Assembly (NCBI RefSeq): GCF_053078305.1
Contig: NZ_CP166879.1
Length of the DNA: 64,000 bases
Direction: 5' to 3' (one strand)
The first letter of the stretch is position 1, and each line of letters starts with the position of its first letter. Positions 27,838 to 39,216 of the stretch are shown one piece after another. The position numbers and the translations under genes are program-made. The notes under the pieces are model-generated. The model saw only the letters and a program-made list of their open reading frames with translations. It ran no database searches and was not told where the DNA came from.

Positions 27838-28292
27838 TGGCGAAAAATGACTTTAAAGCGTTTGCAACGGATCGAAATGCCAATGTTATATCGCAGGAGG
27901 AATGGGAAGCGTTGCCCGCGCTTTTATCCGGATTTACAGCAGGGAAAGCCTCCAGTGCGCAAGTCAATAAGGTTATTCGGCAGGTCAGCTTTATTGCTGC
28001 AGCTCTGGCCCAGTTTGTAAGTGATAAAACGCAACGGGATGTGCTTGATAATGGTGATCTGCCCGGTTTTGTTGAATTGCTGGGATCGGGGTTTGCTGTT
28101 GAATACCTGAGCCGCAAGAATCCGTTTGGTGATATCAAATCGGATGGCACGGTGAAAACGGCTCTCGAAAACCTTGGTTTGGGAGAAGAGCACAGCGTTA
28201 AGCCGGGTTGTTTCTGCCTGCGTCAGCTTCCGCCCGGCCTGCAATTTCAGCTGAATCAGACTAATGGAAGCCATAGCCGCATCAATCAGTGA
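27837..28292 (+). CDS. Tail fibre, constant N-terminal part (Sc). In this orientation it is not joined to a receptor-binding domain.
   Basis: ATG 27837 overlaps the upstream stop (TGATG). The sequence is sensible up to ...KTALENLGLGE at the crossover site (28162-28187). It then reads antisense tfa DNA (EHSVKPGCFCLRQLPPGLQF...) to a stop at 28292. Confidence 0.65.
   Translation: MAKNDFKAFATDRNANVISQEEWEALPALLSGFTAGKASSAQVNKVIRQVSFIAAALAQFVSDKTQRDVLDNGDLPGFVELLGSGFAVEYLSRKNPFGDIKSDGTVKTALENLGLGEEHSVKPGCFCLRQLPPGLQFQLNQTNGSHSRINQ
28162..28187. repeat. Invertase crossover site, left (hix/gix/pix-like, 26 bp)
   Basis: CTCTCGAAAACC-TT-GGTTTGGGAGAA. Its reverse complement shares TTCTCCCAAACCAA with the right site. 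It resembles hix TTCTTGAAAACCAAGGTTTTTGATAA. Confidence 0.7.
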
Positions 28293-28715
28293 CTGGCGCC
28301 GTACTTCTGCCGCGTCTACTGCGGCGTTATGCTGTGCCTCAGTGTCGGTCACCCATTTCTCACCATCCCATTTATCGTATGACGTTAACGGGGCGATAGT
28401 GGTTGTATTTTCAGGGTAATCACCCGGAACTGTGATTTCTTTTGATTCTCCTGTTTCGGTGCTATAGACGATTTCACCGCGATGGTCTGGCACATATTCC
28501 CATGAGTTAAAATCTGCAGAACGGCAAATTGCATAACCAGCTTTATATGAGCCAGGAGCATCTAAACAGGAACATGCCGGGATACCGACACCCACAGCAA
28601 GATATTCAGTTGATGTGGAAATATATTCCCGTGTTTCACCATCATAATTATAAACGGTAATGTCTCCGGCCTTTGTGGCGATGAGTTCATTATTTAATAC
28701 AGCTTTACTTATCAT
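28188..28715 (-). CDS. Tail fibre assembly protein (Tfa/U-like), native C-terminus missing
   Basis: MISKAVLNNELIATKAGDITVYNYDGE...KLTQAETTRLNAVL is Tfa-like. The usual last ~25 residues (xYxxxVxxVDxSxAPDIxWP) are absent. The ORF instead runs through the crossover site into antisense fibre DNA down to 27924. Confidence 0.6.
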
Positions 28716-29183
28716 GCAGCCCTCACAATATAATTAAAGGCGATGTTACGGGAGCGGGTTTCAGATGCTGTGCGAACTGAGCGAGATGCGTCGAATGTCC
28801 AGTTATAAGCGCCATAACCCTCAATAATTTCGGCTTCCTTTAGACCTGTAGATAATACTTGCCCATGTTGACTAAATGGCCCTGAACTAAGTACGTCTCT
28901 AAAAAGCTGGGTACGCCCAAAAGAACCAACAATATTCTGAATTGCATCATTCTGTGCAGATAATAAGTTACGACCAGAGTCAATCCCGCGCCCATCATCC
29001 CAGCCACGAATAAATTCACCGCGTAAATCTGGTAATTTTAATGTTGGGTAAGCCTTTGCCAGATTTGGGTACTTTTCAGAAGAAAATACTGCTCCGTTAC
29101 ATTTTAGCCACCCCATTGGCGGAGTGGCTGAAGGCCACGGAACAGGCACACCAACCGGTAATGCAGAGCCTTCTCCCAAACCA
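28712..29183 (-). CDS. Tail fibre variable C-terminal cassette (tail-collar, receptor-binding), with no start of its own
   Basis: GLGEGSALPVGVPVPWPSATPPMGWLKCNGAVFSSEKYPNLAKAYP...LPDLRGEFIRGWDDGRG is the phage tail-collar motif. It begins inside the right crossover site in the same GLGE frame as Sc, so inversion would fuse it to Sc. Confidence 0.7.
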
Positions 29184-29196
29184 ACGTTTATGAAAA
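29171..29196. repeat. Invertase crossover site, right (26 bp), inverted relative to the left site
   Basis: TTCTCCCAAACC-AA-CGTTTATGAAAA. Confidence 0.7.
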
Positions 29197-29250
29197 TGCA
29201 GAAATAACGAGCAAATGGCATCATTCCTGCTTTTGTCAGGGAGATCTACC

Positions 29251-29805
29251 ATGCTTATTGGCTATGTACGCGTATCAACAAATGACCAGAATACCGATCT
29301 ACAACGTAATGCGTTGAACTGTGCAGGATGCGAGCTGATTTTTGAAGACAAGATAAGCGGTACAAAGTCCGAAAGGCCGGGACTGAAAAAACTGCTCAGG
29401 ACATTATCGGCAGGTGACACTCTGGTTGTCTGGAAGCTGGATCGGCTGGGGCGTAGTATGCGGCATCTGGTCATTCTGGTTGAGGAGTTGCGCGAACGTG
29501 GCGTTAATTTTCGCAGCCTGACGGATGCTATTGATACCAGCACACCGATGGGGCGTTTTTTCTTTCATGTGATGGGGGCCCTGGCTGAAATGGAACGAGA
29601 ACTGATTGTTGAACGAACAAAAGCTGGACTGGAAGCTGCTCGCGCACAGGGACGAATTGGTGGACGTCGTCCCAAACTTACACCAGAACAATGGGCGCAG
29701 GCCGGGCGACTAATTGCATCAGGAGTTCCTCGCCAGAAGGTGGCGATCATTTATGATGTTGGCGTATCGACTTTGTATAAGAAGTTTCCGGTCGGAGATA
29801 AATGA
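29251..29805 (+). CDS. Serine DNA invertase (Gin/Pin/Cin/Hin family)
   Basis: The sequence MLIGYVRVSTNDQNTDLQRNAL...GRRPKL... ending in a C-terminal HTH matches the family, including the catalytic Ser in YVRVSTNDQ. GGGAG lies upstream of ATG 29251. Confidence 0.9.
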   Translation: MLIGYVRVSTNDQNTDLQRNALNCAGCELIFEDKISGTKSERPGLKKLLRTLSAGDTLVVWKLDRLGRSMRHLVILVEELRERGVNFRSLTDAIDTSTPMGRFFFHVMGALAEMERELIVERTKAGLEAARAQGRIGGRRPKLTPEQWAQAGRLIASGVPRQKVAIIYDVGVSTLYKKFPVGDK

Positions 29806-29885
29806 AACCGTAGCACGTCGTATGCAAGAACGTGCCACGGCTGGCTGATAAGCTTGTAAAAATATTGAACAGGGAGTGGAGCATT

Positions 29886-30533
29886 CTATGAAGCTAATTT
29901 GTTTAATTTCATTTGTAGTGACTTTACTTCTTGGTCGATAATGTCGAATCCCTTATTGACAGCATCTCTTAGCTCTGCATCAATATTTTTTATCCCTTGA
30001 GCATAATCTACCATTATATTTATTTTTGCATCATGTAATCTCTTATACATGGTTTTATTTTTGTTATTGTCTGCCATGCCAATAAGGATTTTTTCATAAT
30101 CCTCAATGAGTTTGTTGTTTCCTTTAAATGATTGTATTAATGAGCGTGAATATGTGTATATGTTAATTATTGAGTCTCTAGCAGAATCATTTAGTTTTGC
30201 AATGACATTCGCATTTTGCTCATAGAATGTGAAATTATCATCCCCTACAGGGAATGTGAGAATCAACATTTGTCCCGGTTTTATATTATCAATGTGTGTT
30301 TTCATCCTTTTATTATATAAATTGATTAGGGTGAAAACTTCTCCCTTAACTCCTTTTAATACTGAAAGTTGTAATTCAAGGGATTCTCTTTCTGTCTCTA
30401 CTTTAGACAGCTTAGCTTGTTGGGTAACTCCTTTTAGGGTAAACCATCCGCCAATAAGAGTACCAACTAGAGCTGTGAGGGAGGAGGATAACCATCCAGG
30501 TATGCTATTTAAAAGATTACTAAATTCACTCAT
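29886..30533 (-). CDS. Membrane-anchored coiled-coil protein, 215 aa (cargo, function unknown)
   Basis: N-terminal hydrophobic helix LSSSLTALVGTLIGGWFTL, then QQAKLSKVETERESLELQLSVLKG, then an Asn/Lys-rich C-terminal domain. Very low GC (14 G+C in 30001-30060). Confidence 0.6.
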   Translation of the reverse strand: MSEFSNLLNSIPGWLSSSLTALVGTLIGGWFTLKGVTQQAKLSKVETERESLELQLSVLKGVKGEVFTLINLYNKRMKTHIDNIKPGQMLILTFPVGDDNFTFYEQNANVIAKLNDSARDSIINIYTYSRSLIQSFKGNNKLIEDYEKILIGMADNNKNKTMYKRLHDAKINIMVDYAQGIKNIDAELRDAVNKGFDIIDQEVKSLQMKLNKLAS

Positions 30534-30593
30534 TATAAGTACTCGCTAATATTGAACGATATATATATATCAAATTATTATAAAACTCGTCAG

Positions 30594-30935
30594 CTACTGG
30601 AGAAGGCTACCTGAACTTCGATCTATTCCTGCATCCATATAGTTGATGGTCTTCTGGAGCTCTTCGATTAGGGCAACAGCTTTTGCTCGAGAAATGCATA
30701 TTAGTTGATCCGGAAATTCTTGTAAGGGCCAGTTTGGTATACAGGCCATGTTATCAATGAAGGATGCAGACAAGTAAACTTCATTGGTAACCAGAGAATA
30801 GCTTACCTCAAAATTGGTGAGTTCCGGCAAACTGCTAACGTTTGACTCTTTTCTGCGCATAATATTATCCATGACTGTAATTATGTACAGGTGATGGTCT
30901 TCAATTTCGAAGAGGGAGTCAAGGGGGAGTCTCAA
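30594..30935 (-). CDS. Small acidic protein, 92-113 aa (cargo, function unknown)
   Basis: Low-GC ORF upstream of, and co-oriented with, the 215-aa gene. The start is ambiguous (TTG 30935 or ATG 30872), and neither has a good SD. Confidence 0.45.
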   Translation of the reverse strand: MRLPLDSLFEIEDHHLYIITVMDNIMRRKESNVSSLPELTNFEVSYSLVTNEVYLSASFIDNMACIPNWPLQEFPDQLICISRAKAVALIEELQKTINYMDAGIDRSSGSLLQ

Positions 30936-31062
30936 ATGAACCGTTATAGAAAAAGGGGGGGGATCTTTGTGTTGCTGAACTTATGCAAAATTTTTTTGCA
31001 CCATAAATCCAACAACACATTCAATAACACATTGCTGTATCACTATGAAAATAAATGTGTTT

Positions 31063-31119
31063 TTATTTGATTTCACACATATCACAATTGATGCATTTTT
31101 TAGTGATTAACAGCGCCAT
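31063..31119 (-). pseudogene. yfhL: 5' fragment of ferredoxin gene yfhL, truncated by the prophage junction
   Basis: Hand translation gives [18 protein letters not shown]-stop. The first 16 residues match my memory of K-12 YfhL ([24 protein letters not shown]...) and the CxxCxxC start of a 4Fe-4S motif. The frame then diverges into AT-rich phage DNA. Confidence 0.6.
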
Positions 31120-31174
31120 AAGGAAACTCTCAAAACAACACAAACCGGGCGGGCATTATACGCGCATTCTTTAC

Positions 31175-32023
31175 TCAGACCAGTTTTTTCACCAGCGCTT
31201 CACTATGACGAATACGTTCTGGTGCCAGTTCCAGATCCTGCTGAATCAGCGCAATGAACAGCAAATCCGTTAACATTCCCTGCGCGTGACAAGCAGAGAT
31301 TGAAGCACTGTTTGTCGCTTGTTCTTCGGCAATGGTATACAGGCAATGAGAAGCACGCTGTTGCAGGGCATTGGGAGTAAAGCCGGTAATCGCCAGCACT
31401 TTTCCGCCCACTCGCAGCATCTCATCTGCCGCCAGGTTTAACTCGCGTCGTACACCGGTGTAAGAAATGGCTAATAACAGATCGTCAGGGGACGACGCCT
31501 GTACGGTAGCGAGTAGCGCATGCATATCGCGCACTGCGGCAGCATTGAAGCCAATCTTCATCAGCTTCCAGGCAAAGTTTTGCGCCACCAGACCCGAAGC
31601 GCCAATACCGGTCAGAATTATCCGCCGCGCAGAGCGCAACATTGTTACGCATTCATGCAGTTTCTCTTCACTATTAACGTTTAGCGTTGCGTACATAGCG
31701 GCAGTATTTTCTTTAATCAGTTTTTCGCCGACCAGCCGTAACGGATCATCACCGCGGATTTGGTTATGAATGGGCACGGAGGGCGATTCCGGCTGGCTTG
31801 CCAGCGCTTCACTCAACGCCAACTTAAGCGCCGGAAAACCTTTATAGCCGAGTTTTTGCGCGAACTTCACGACGCTGGACTGACTGACTCCGGCTTCGTT
31901 GGCCAGTTGCTGAGAGCTTAAATGGCGCGCCGTATCAGGTTGTAGCAGCAGATAATCCGCCAGTTTTTTATCACTCTGGGCAAGCCCCTGGTAACGCTGA
32001 CGGATACGAAGTAAGCCGTTCAT
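31175..32023 (-). CDS. yfhH: RpiR/MurR-family transcriptional regulator (HTH plus SIS domain)
   Basis: 282 aa from MNGLLRIRQRYQGLAQSDKKLADYLL. This matches K-12 YfhH in size and synteny. The track start at 32095 is too long. Confidence 0.9.
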   Translation of the reverse strand: MNGLLRIRQRYQGLAQSDKKLADYLLLQPDTARHLSSQQLANEAGVSQSSVVKFAQKLGYKGFPALKLALSEALASQPESPSVPIHNQIRGDDPLRLVGEKLIKENTAAMYATLNVNSEEKLHECVTMLRSARRIILTGIGASGLVAQNFAWKLMKIGFNAAAVRDMHALLATVQASSPDDLLLAISYTGVRRELNLAADEMLRVGGKVLAITGFTPNALQQRASHCLYTIAEEQATNSASISACHAQGMLTDLLFIALIQQDLELAPERIRHSEALVKKLV

Positions 32024-32231
32024 ATCTTTCCTCGCGATGAAATAGTGGCGACAACAGGCAATATGAGACACACGCGAGTGAATTTTATATTCCATTGCCG
32101 CTAATTGCCATGAATTAAAAATTCCAGTTAGCCATGATGCGGTCGATTGTTGCCGGAAAAGTGATGATCTATCTGTTAGGCTATGTAGTAGCGAAAATTA
32201 ATCAGGATGTTTCAGTCCAGAGGAGTATGGT

Positions 32232-32867
32232 TTGGCAACTCACGAGCGTCGTGTGGTGTTTTTTGACTTAGATGGAACATTGCATCAGCAGGATATGTTC
32301 GGCAGTTTTTTGCGTTATTTACTGCGTCGCCAGCCGCTGAATGCGTTACTTGTCCTGCCGTTGTTGCCGATCATAGCCATTGCGTTATTGATAAAAGGTC
32401 GTGCGGCACGCTGGCCGATGAGTCTGCTTCTGTGGGGATGCACTTTTGGTCACAATGAAGCGCGTTTGCAGGCGTTGCAGGCCGATTTCGTACGCTGGTT
32501 TCGTGACAATGTTACCGCCTTTCCGCTGGTTCAGGAGCGATTAACCACCTACCTGTTAAGTTCCGATGCTGATATCTGGTTGATTACCGGCTCTCCGCAG
32601 CCGCTGGTTGAAGCGGTTTATTTCGATACGCCCTGGCTGCCGCGGGTTAATCTTATCGCCAGCCAAATTCAGCGTGGCTATGGTGGTTGGGTATTGACGA
32701 TGCGTTGTCTGGGACATGAAAAGGTCGCACAACTGGAGCGCAAAATCGGCACGCCGCTGCGGCTGTACAGTGGCTATAGCGACAGTAATCAGGACAATCC
32801 GCTGCTTTATTTCTGTCAGCATCGTTGGCGAGTAACCCCGCGCGGTGAACTCCAGCAACTGGAATAG
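32232..32867 (+). CDS. pgpC: Phosphatidylglycerophosphatase C
   Basis: MATHERRVVFFDLDGTL (HAD motif), 211 aa, TTG start, K-12 synteny (yfhB). Confidence 0.9.
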   Translation: MATHERRVVFFDLDGTLHQQDMFGSFLRYLLRRQPLNALLVLPLLPIIAIALLIKGRAARWPMSLLLWGCTFGHNEARLQALQADFVRWFRDNVTAFPLVQERLTTYLLSSDADIWLITGSPQPLVEAVYFDTPWLPRVNLIASQIQRGYGGWVLTMRCLGHEKVAQLERKIGTPLRLYSGYSDSNQDNPLLYFCQHRWRVTPRGELQQLE

Positions 32868-32879
32868 AGTAAAGCATAG

Positions 32880-34981
<2,102 letters not shown>

Positions 34982-35146
34982 TTAGTTAATTCTCTGTGTC
35001 GTGCGCGTCCCAGCTTGAAAAAACGTAATAATAGTGAAAGGTTTACTCATAAATGAGCGGCATTTTGCGTAAACCTGCGCCAGATGGCAACTTATTACAG
35101 CCATTGGCGGCACGCGTTGCTAATTCACGATGGTGATTTTATTTCC

Positions 35147-35162
35147 ACGCAAACGGTTTCGT
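35147..35162. promoter_or_regulatory. PurR operator (PUR box) of purL
   Basis: ACGCAAACGGTTTCGT matches the PUR box consensus ACGCAAACGTTTTCNT, about 80 nt upstream of the purL start. Confidence 0.7.
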
Positions 35163-35242
35163 CAGCGCATCAGATTCTTTATAATGACGCCCGTTTCCCC
35201 CCCCCCCTTGGGTACACCGAAAGCTTAGAAGACGAGAGACTT

Positions 35243-38200
35243 ATGATGGAAATTCTGCGTGGTTCGCCTGCACTGTCGGCATTCCGAATCAACAAACTGC
35301 TGGCACGTTTTCAGGCTGCCAGGCTCCCGGTTCACAATATTTACGCCGAGTATGTCCATTTTGCTGACCTCAATGCGCCGTTAAACGATGATGAGCACGC
35401 ACAACTTGAACGCCTGCTGAAATATGGCCCGGCACTCGCCAGCCACGCCCCGCAAGGCAAACTCCTGCTGGTGACCCCGCGTCCTGGCACCATCTCTCCC
35501 TGGTCTTCGAAAGCGACCGATATTGCCCATAACTGCGGGCTACAACAGGTAAACCGCCTTGAGCGCGGCGTTGCTTACTATATAGAAGCCGGTACGCTGA
35601 CCAATGAACAATGGCAGCAGGTTACCGCTGAACTGCACGACCGCATGATGGAAACGGTCTTTTTTGCTTTAGATGATGCAGAGCAGTTGTTTGCCCACCA
35701 TCAACCGACTCCGGTTACCAGCGTTGATTTGCTGGGGCAGGGCCGTCAGGCGCTGATCGACGCTAACCTGCGTCTTGGCTTGGCTCTGGCGGAAGATGAA
35801 ATTGACTATCTGCAGGATGCTTTCACAAAGCTTGGTCGTAACCCGAACGACATCGAGCTGTATATGTTCGCTCAGGCGAACTCTGAGCACTGCCGCCACA
35901 AAATTTTTAATGCCGACTGGATTATCGACGGTGAACAGCAGCCGAAATCGCTGTTCAAGATGATCAAAAATACTTTCGAAACCACGCCAGATCACGTTCT
36001 CTCTGCTTATAAAGATAACGCCGCCGTAATGGAAGGTTCTGAAGTGGGCCGCTACTTTGCTGACCACGAAACGGGCCGCTACGATTTCCATCAGGAACCG
36101 GCGCATATTCTGATGAAAGTCGAAACTCACAACCACCCGACGGCGATTTCTCCGTGGCCGGGCGCGGCGACCGGTTCCGGCGGCGAAATTCGTGATGAAG
36201 GCGCCACCGGACGCGGCGCGAAGCCGAAAGCGGGTTTGGTTGGTTTCTCCGTTTCCAACCTGCGAATTCCTGGCTTCGAACAGCCGTGGGAAGAAGATTT
36301 CGGTAAGCCTGAGCGCATTGTCACCGCGCTGGACATCATGACCGAAGGCCCGCTGGGCGGCGCGGCGTTTAACAACGAATTTGGTCGTCCGGCACTGAAT
36401 GGCTACTTCCGTACTTATGAAGAAAAAGTGAACAGCCACAACGGCGAAGAGCTGCGCGGTTATCACAAACCGATCATGCTGGCGGGCGGGATCGGCAACA
36501 TTCGCGCCGATCACGTACAAAAAGGCGAGATCAACGTCGGTGCGAAACTGGTCGTTCTCGGCGGCCCGGCAATGAACATCGGTCTTGGCGGCGGAGCGGC
36601 GTCTTCCATGGCGTCAGGTCAGTCTGATGCCGACCTCGACTTTGCTTCCGTACAGCGCGACAACCCGGAGATGGAGCGTCGCTGCCAGGAAGTGATCGAC
36701 CGTTGCTGGCAGCTTGGTGATGCCAACCCAATCCTGTTTATCCACGACGTCGGCGCTGGCGGTCTTTCTAACGCGATGCCGGAACTGGTGAGCGACGGCG
36801 GGCGCGGCGGTAAATTTGAACTGCGCGATATTCTAAGCGACGAACCGGGCATGAGCCCGCTGGAAATCTGGTGTAACGAATCCCAGGAACGCTACGTGCT
36901 GGCGGTTGCTGCCGATCAATTACCGCTGTTTGACGAACTGTGTAAGCGTGAGCGCGCACCCTACGCGGTGATTGGTGAAGCGACCGAAGAACTGCATCTT
37001 TCTCTGCACGATCGTCATTTTGATAATCAGCCGATCGATCTGCCGCTGGACGTCCTGCTTGGTAAAACGCCGAAGATGACCCGCGATGTACAAACGCTGA
37101 AAGCGAAGGGCGATGCGCTGGTCCGTGAAGGGATCACCATTGCAGACGCGGTGAAACGCGTACTGCATCTGCCGACCGTGGCGGAGAAAACTTTCCTGGT
37201 GACCATCGGTGACCGCAGCGTAACCGGCATGGTGGCGCGCGATCAGATGGTGGGGCCGTGGCAGGTGCCGGTCGCTAACTGCGCTGTCACTACCGCCAGC
37301 CTCGACAGCTACTACGGTGAAGCGATGGCGATTGGCGAGCGTGCGCCGGTTGCGCTGCTGGATTTCGCCGCCTCTGCCCGTCTGGCGGTCGGTGAAGCGT
37401 TAACCAATATTGCCGCAACACAGATTGGCGATATCAAACGCATTAAACTTTCCGCCAACTGGATGGCGGCGGCAGGCCACCCTGGTGAAGATGCGGGCCT
37501 GTATGAAGCCGTTAAAGCCGTGGGCGAAGAGCTTTGTCCGGCGCTGGGCCTGACGATCCCGGTGGGTAAAGACTCTATGTCGATGAAAACCCGCTGGCAG
37601 GAAGGTAACGAAGAGCGCGAAATGACGTCGCCGCTGTCGCTGGTGATTTCTGCATTTGCCCGCGTGGAAGATGTACGTCACACCATCACGCCGCAGCTTT
37701 CTACCGAAGATAACGCACTGCTGCTGATTGATTTGGGCAAAGGCAATAACGCGCTGGGCGCAACGGCGCTGGCGCAGGTTTATCGTCAGCTTGGCGATAA
37801 ACCGGCAGATGTACGCGATGTCGCGCAACTGAAAGGCTTCTATGACGCGATTCAGGCGCTGGTTGCACAGCGTAAGCTGCTGGCGTATCACGACCGCTCT
37901 GATGGCGGCCTGCTGGTAACGCTGGCGGAAATGGCCTTTGCTGGTCATTGTGGCATTGACGCTGATATCGCCACTCTGGGTGACGATCGCCTGGCGGCGT
38001 TGTTTAACGAAGAACTGGGTGCGGTGATTCAGGTTCGTGCCGCTGACCGTGAAGCGGTCGAATCCGTACTGGCACAGCATGGGCTTGCTGATTGCGTCCA
38101 TTATGTTGGGCAGGCGGTTTCCGGTGACCGTTTTGTGATTACCGCCAATGGGCAGACTGTATTCAGCGAAAGCCGCACTACGTTGCGTGTCTGGTGGGCA

Positions 38201-39130
38201 GAAACTACCTGGCAGATGCAGCGCCTGCGTGACAACCCGGAGTGTGCCGACCAGGAGCACCAGGCGAAATCAAACGACGCCGATCCTGGCCTGAATGTGA
38301 AACTGTCGTTCGATATCAACGAAGATGTGGCAGCACCGTATATTGCCACTGGCGCACGTCCGAAAGTTGCCGTGCTGCGTGAGCAGGGTGTGAACTCGCA
38401 TGTTGAAATGGCGGCAGCTTTCCACCGTGCGGGCTTTGATGCTATCGACGTGCATATGAGCGACCTGCTGGCTGGACGCACGGGCCTGGAGGATTTCCAC
38501 GCCCTGGTCGCGTGCGGTGGTTTCTCCTACGGTGATGTGCTGGGTGCCGGTGAAGGTTGGGCGAAGTCTATCCTGTTCAATGACCGTGTACGCGATGAGT
38601 TTGCAACCTTCTTCCACCGTCCGCAAACGCTGGCGCTGGGGGTATGTAACGGTTGCCAGATGATGTCTAATCTGCGTGAACTGATCCCAGGTAGTGAGTT
38701 GTGGCCACGTTTTGTGCGCAATACCTCCGATCGCTTTGAAGCGCGTTTCAGCCTGGTTGAAGTGACCCAAAGCCCGTCGCTGCTGTTGCAGGGGATGGTG
38801 GGCTCGCAAATGCCGATTGCTGTCTCTCATGGTGAAGGGCGCGTGGAAGTGCGTGATGCGGCGCATCTGGCGGCACTGGAAAGCAAAGGGCTGGTGGCAC
38901 TGCGCTATGTCGATAACTTCGGCAAAGTCACTGAAACCTACCCGGCTAACCCGAACGGTTCTCCGAATGGTATTACGGCGGTCACGACTGAAAGCGGTCG
39001 AGTCACCATTATGATGCCGCATCCGGAACGTGTTTTCCGTACTGTCAGCAACTCCTGGCATCCGGAAAACTGGGGCGAAGATGGCCCGTGGATGCGTATT
39101 TTCCGCAATGCGCGTAAGCAGTTGGGGTAA
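35243..39130 (+). CDS. purL: Phosphoribosylformylglycinamidine synthase
   Basis: 1295 aa from [23 protein letters not shown], matching the K-12 length. The track ORF starts 53 codons too early. Confidence 0.97.
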
Positions 39131-39190
39131 GCCGTCAAACCCATTGGTTTTGCAACCCGCATCCGGCATTAAACACCAACCACTATTATA

Positions 39191-39215
39191 AGCTCCCAAC
39201 TCCGGGAGCTTTTTT
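39191..39215 (+). terminator. purL rho-independent terminator
   Basis: AGCTCCC-aactcc-GGGAGCT followed by TTTTT. Confidence 0.75.
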
Positions 39216-39216
39216 G

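Larger units (their letters stand above)
1..31071. mobile_element. Prophage, right-hand portion (left/integrase end outside window). Lambdoid regulation and lysis genes combined with contractile-tail, Mu-like baseplate morphogenesis genes.
   Basis: The gene order is contiguous phage order: early-left genes, CI/Cro, replication, Q, lysis, terminase, portal, capsid, sheath/tube, tape measure, baseplate, invertible fibre, invertase, cargo. It ends where a truncated host yfhL frame diverges, at about 31071. Confidence 0.9.

Noticed and set aside
27924-28187. The distal third of track ORF 27924..28715 (minus), and residues after GLGE in ORF 27819..28292
   Set aside because: Both are read-through past the invertase crossover site into the antisense of the neighbouring gene. 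They are not native protein sequence.
29184-29250. The N-terminal MMPFARYFCIFINV of track ORF 28712..29224 (minus) and the first 12 residues of track ORF 29215..29805
   Set aside because: The fibre cassette has no start of its own and begins at the crossover site. The invertase starts at ATG 29251, which has an SD and the conserved MLIGYVRVS N-terminus.
35669-39199. Three long minus-strand ORFs (283, 286 and 309 aa) inside purL
   Set aside because: They are antisense shadows of purL with abnormal composition (many R, H, Q, F). purL matches K-12 over 1295 aa.
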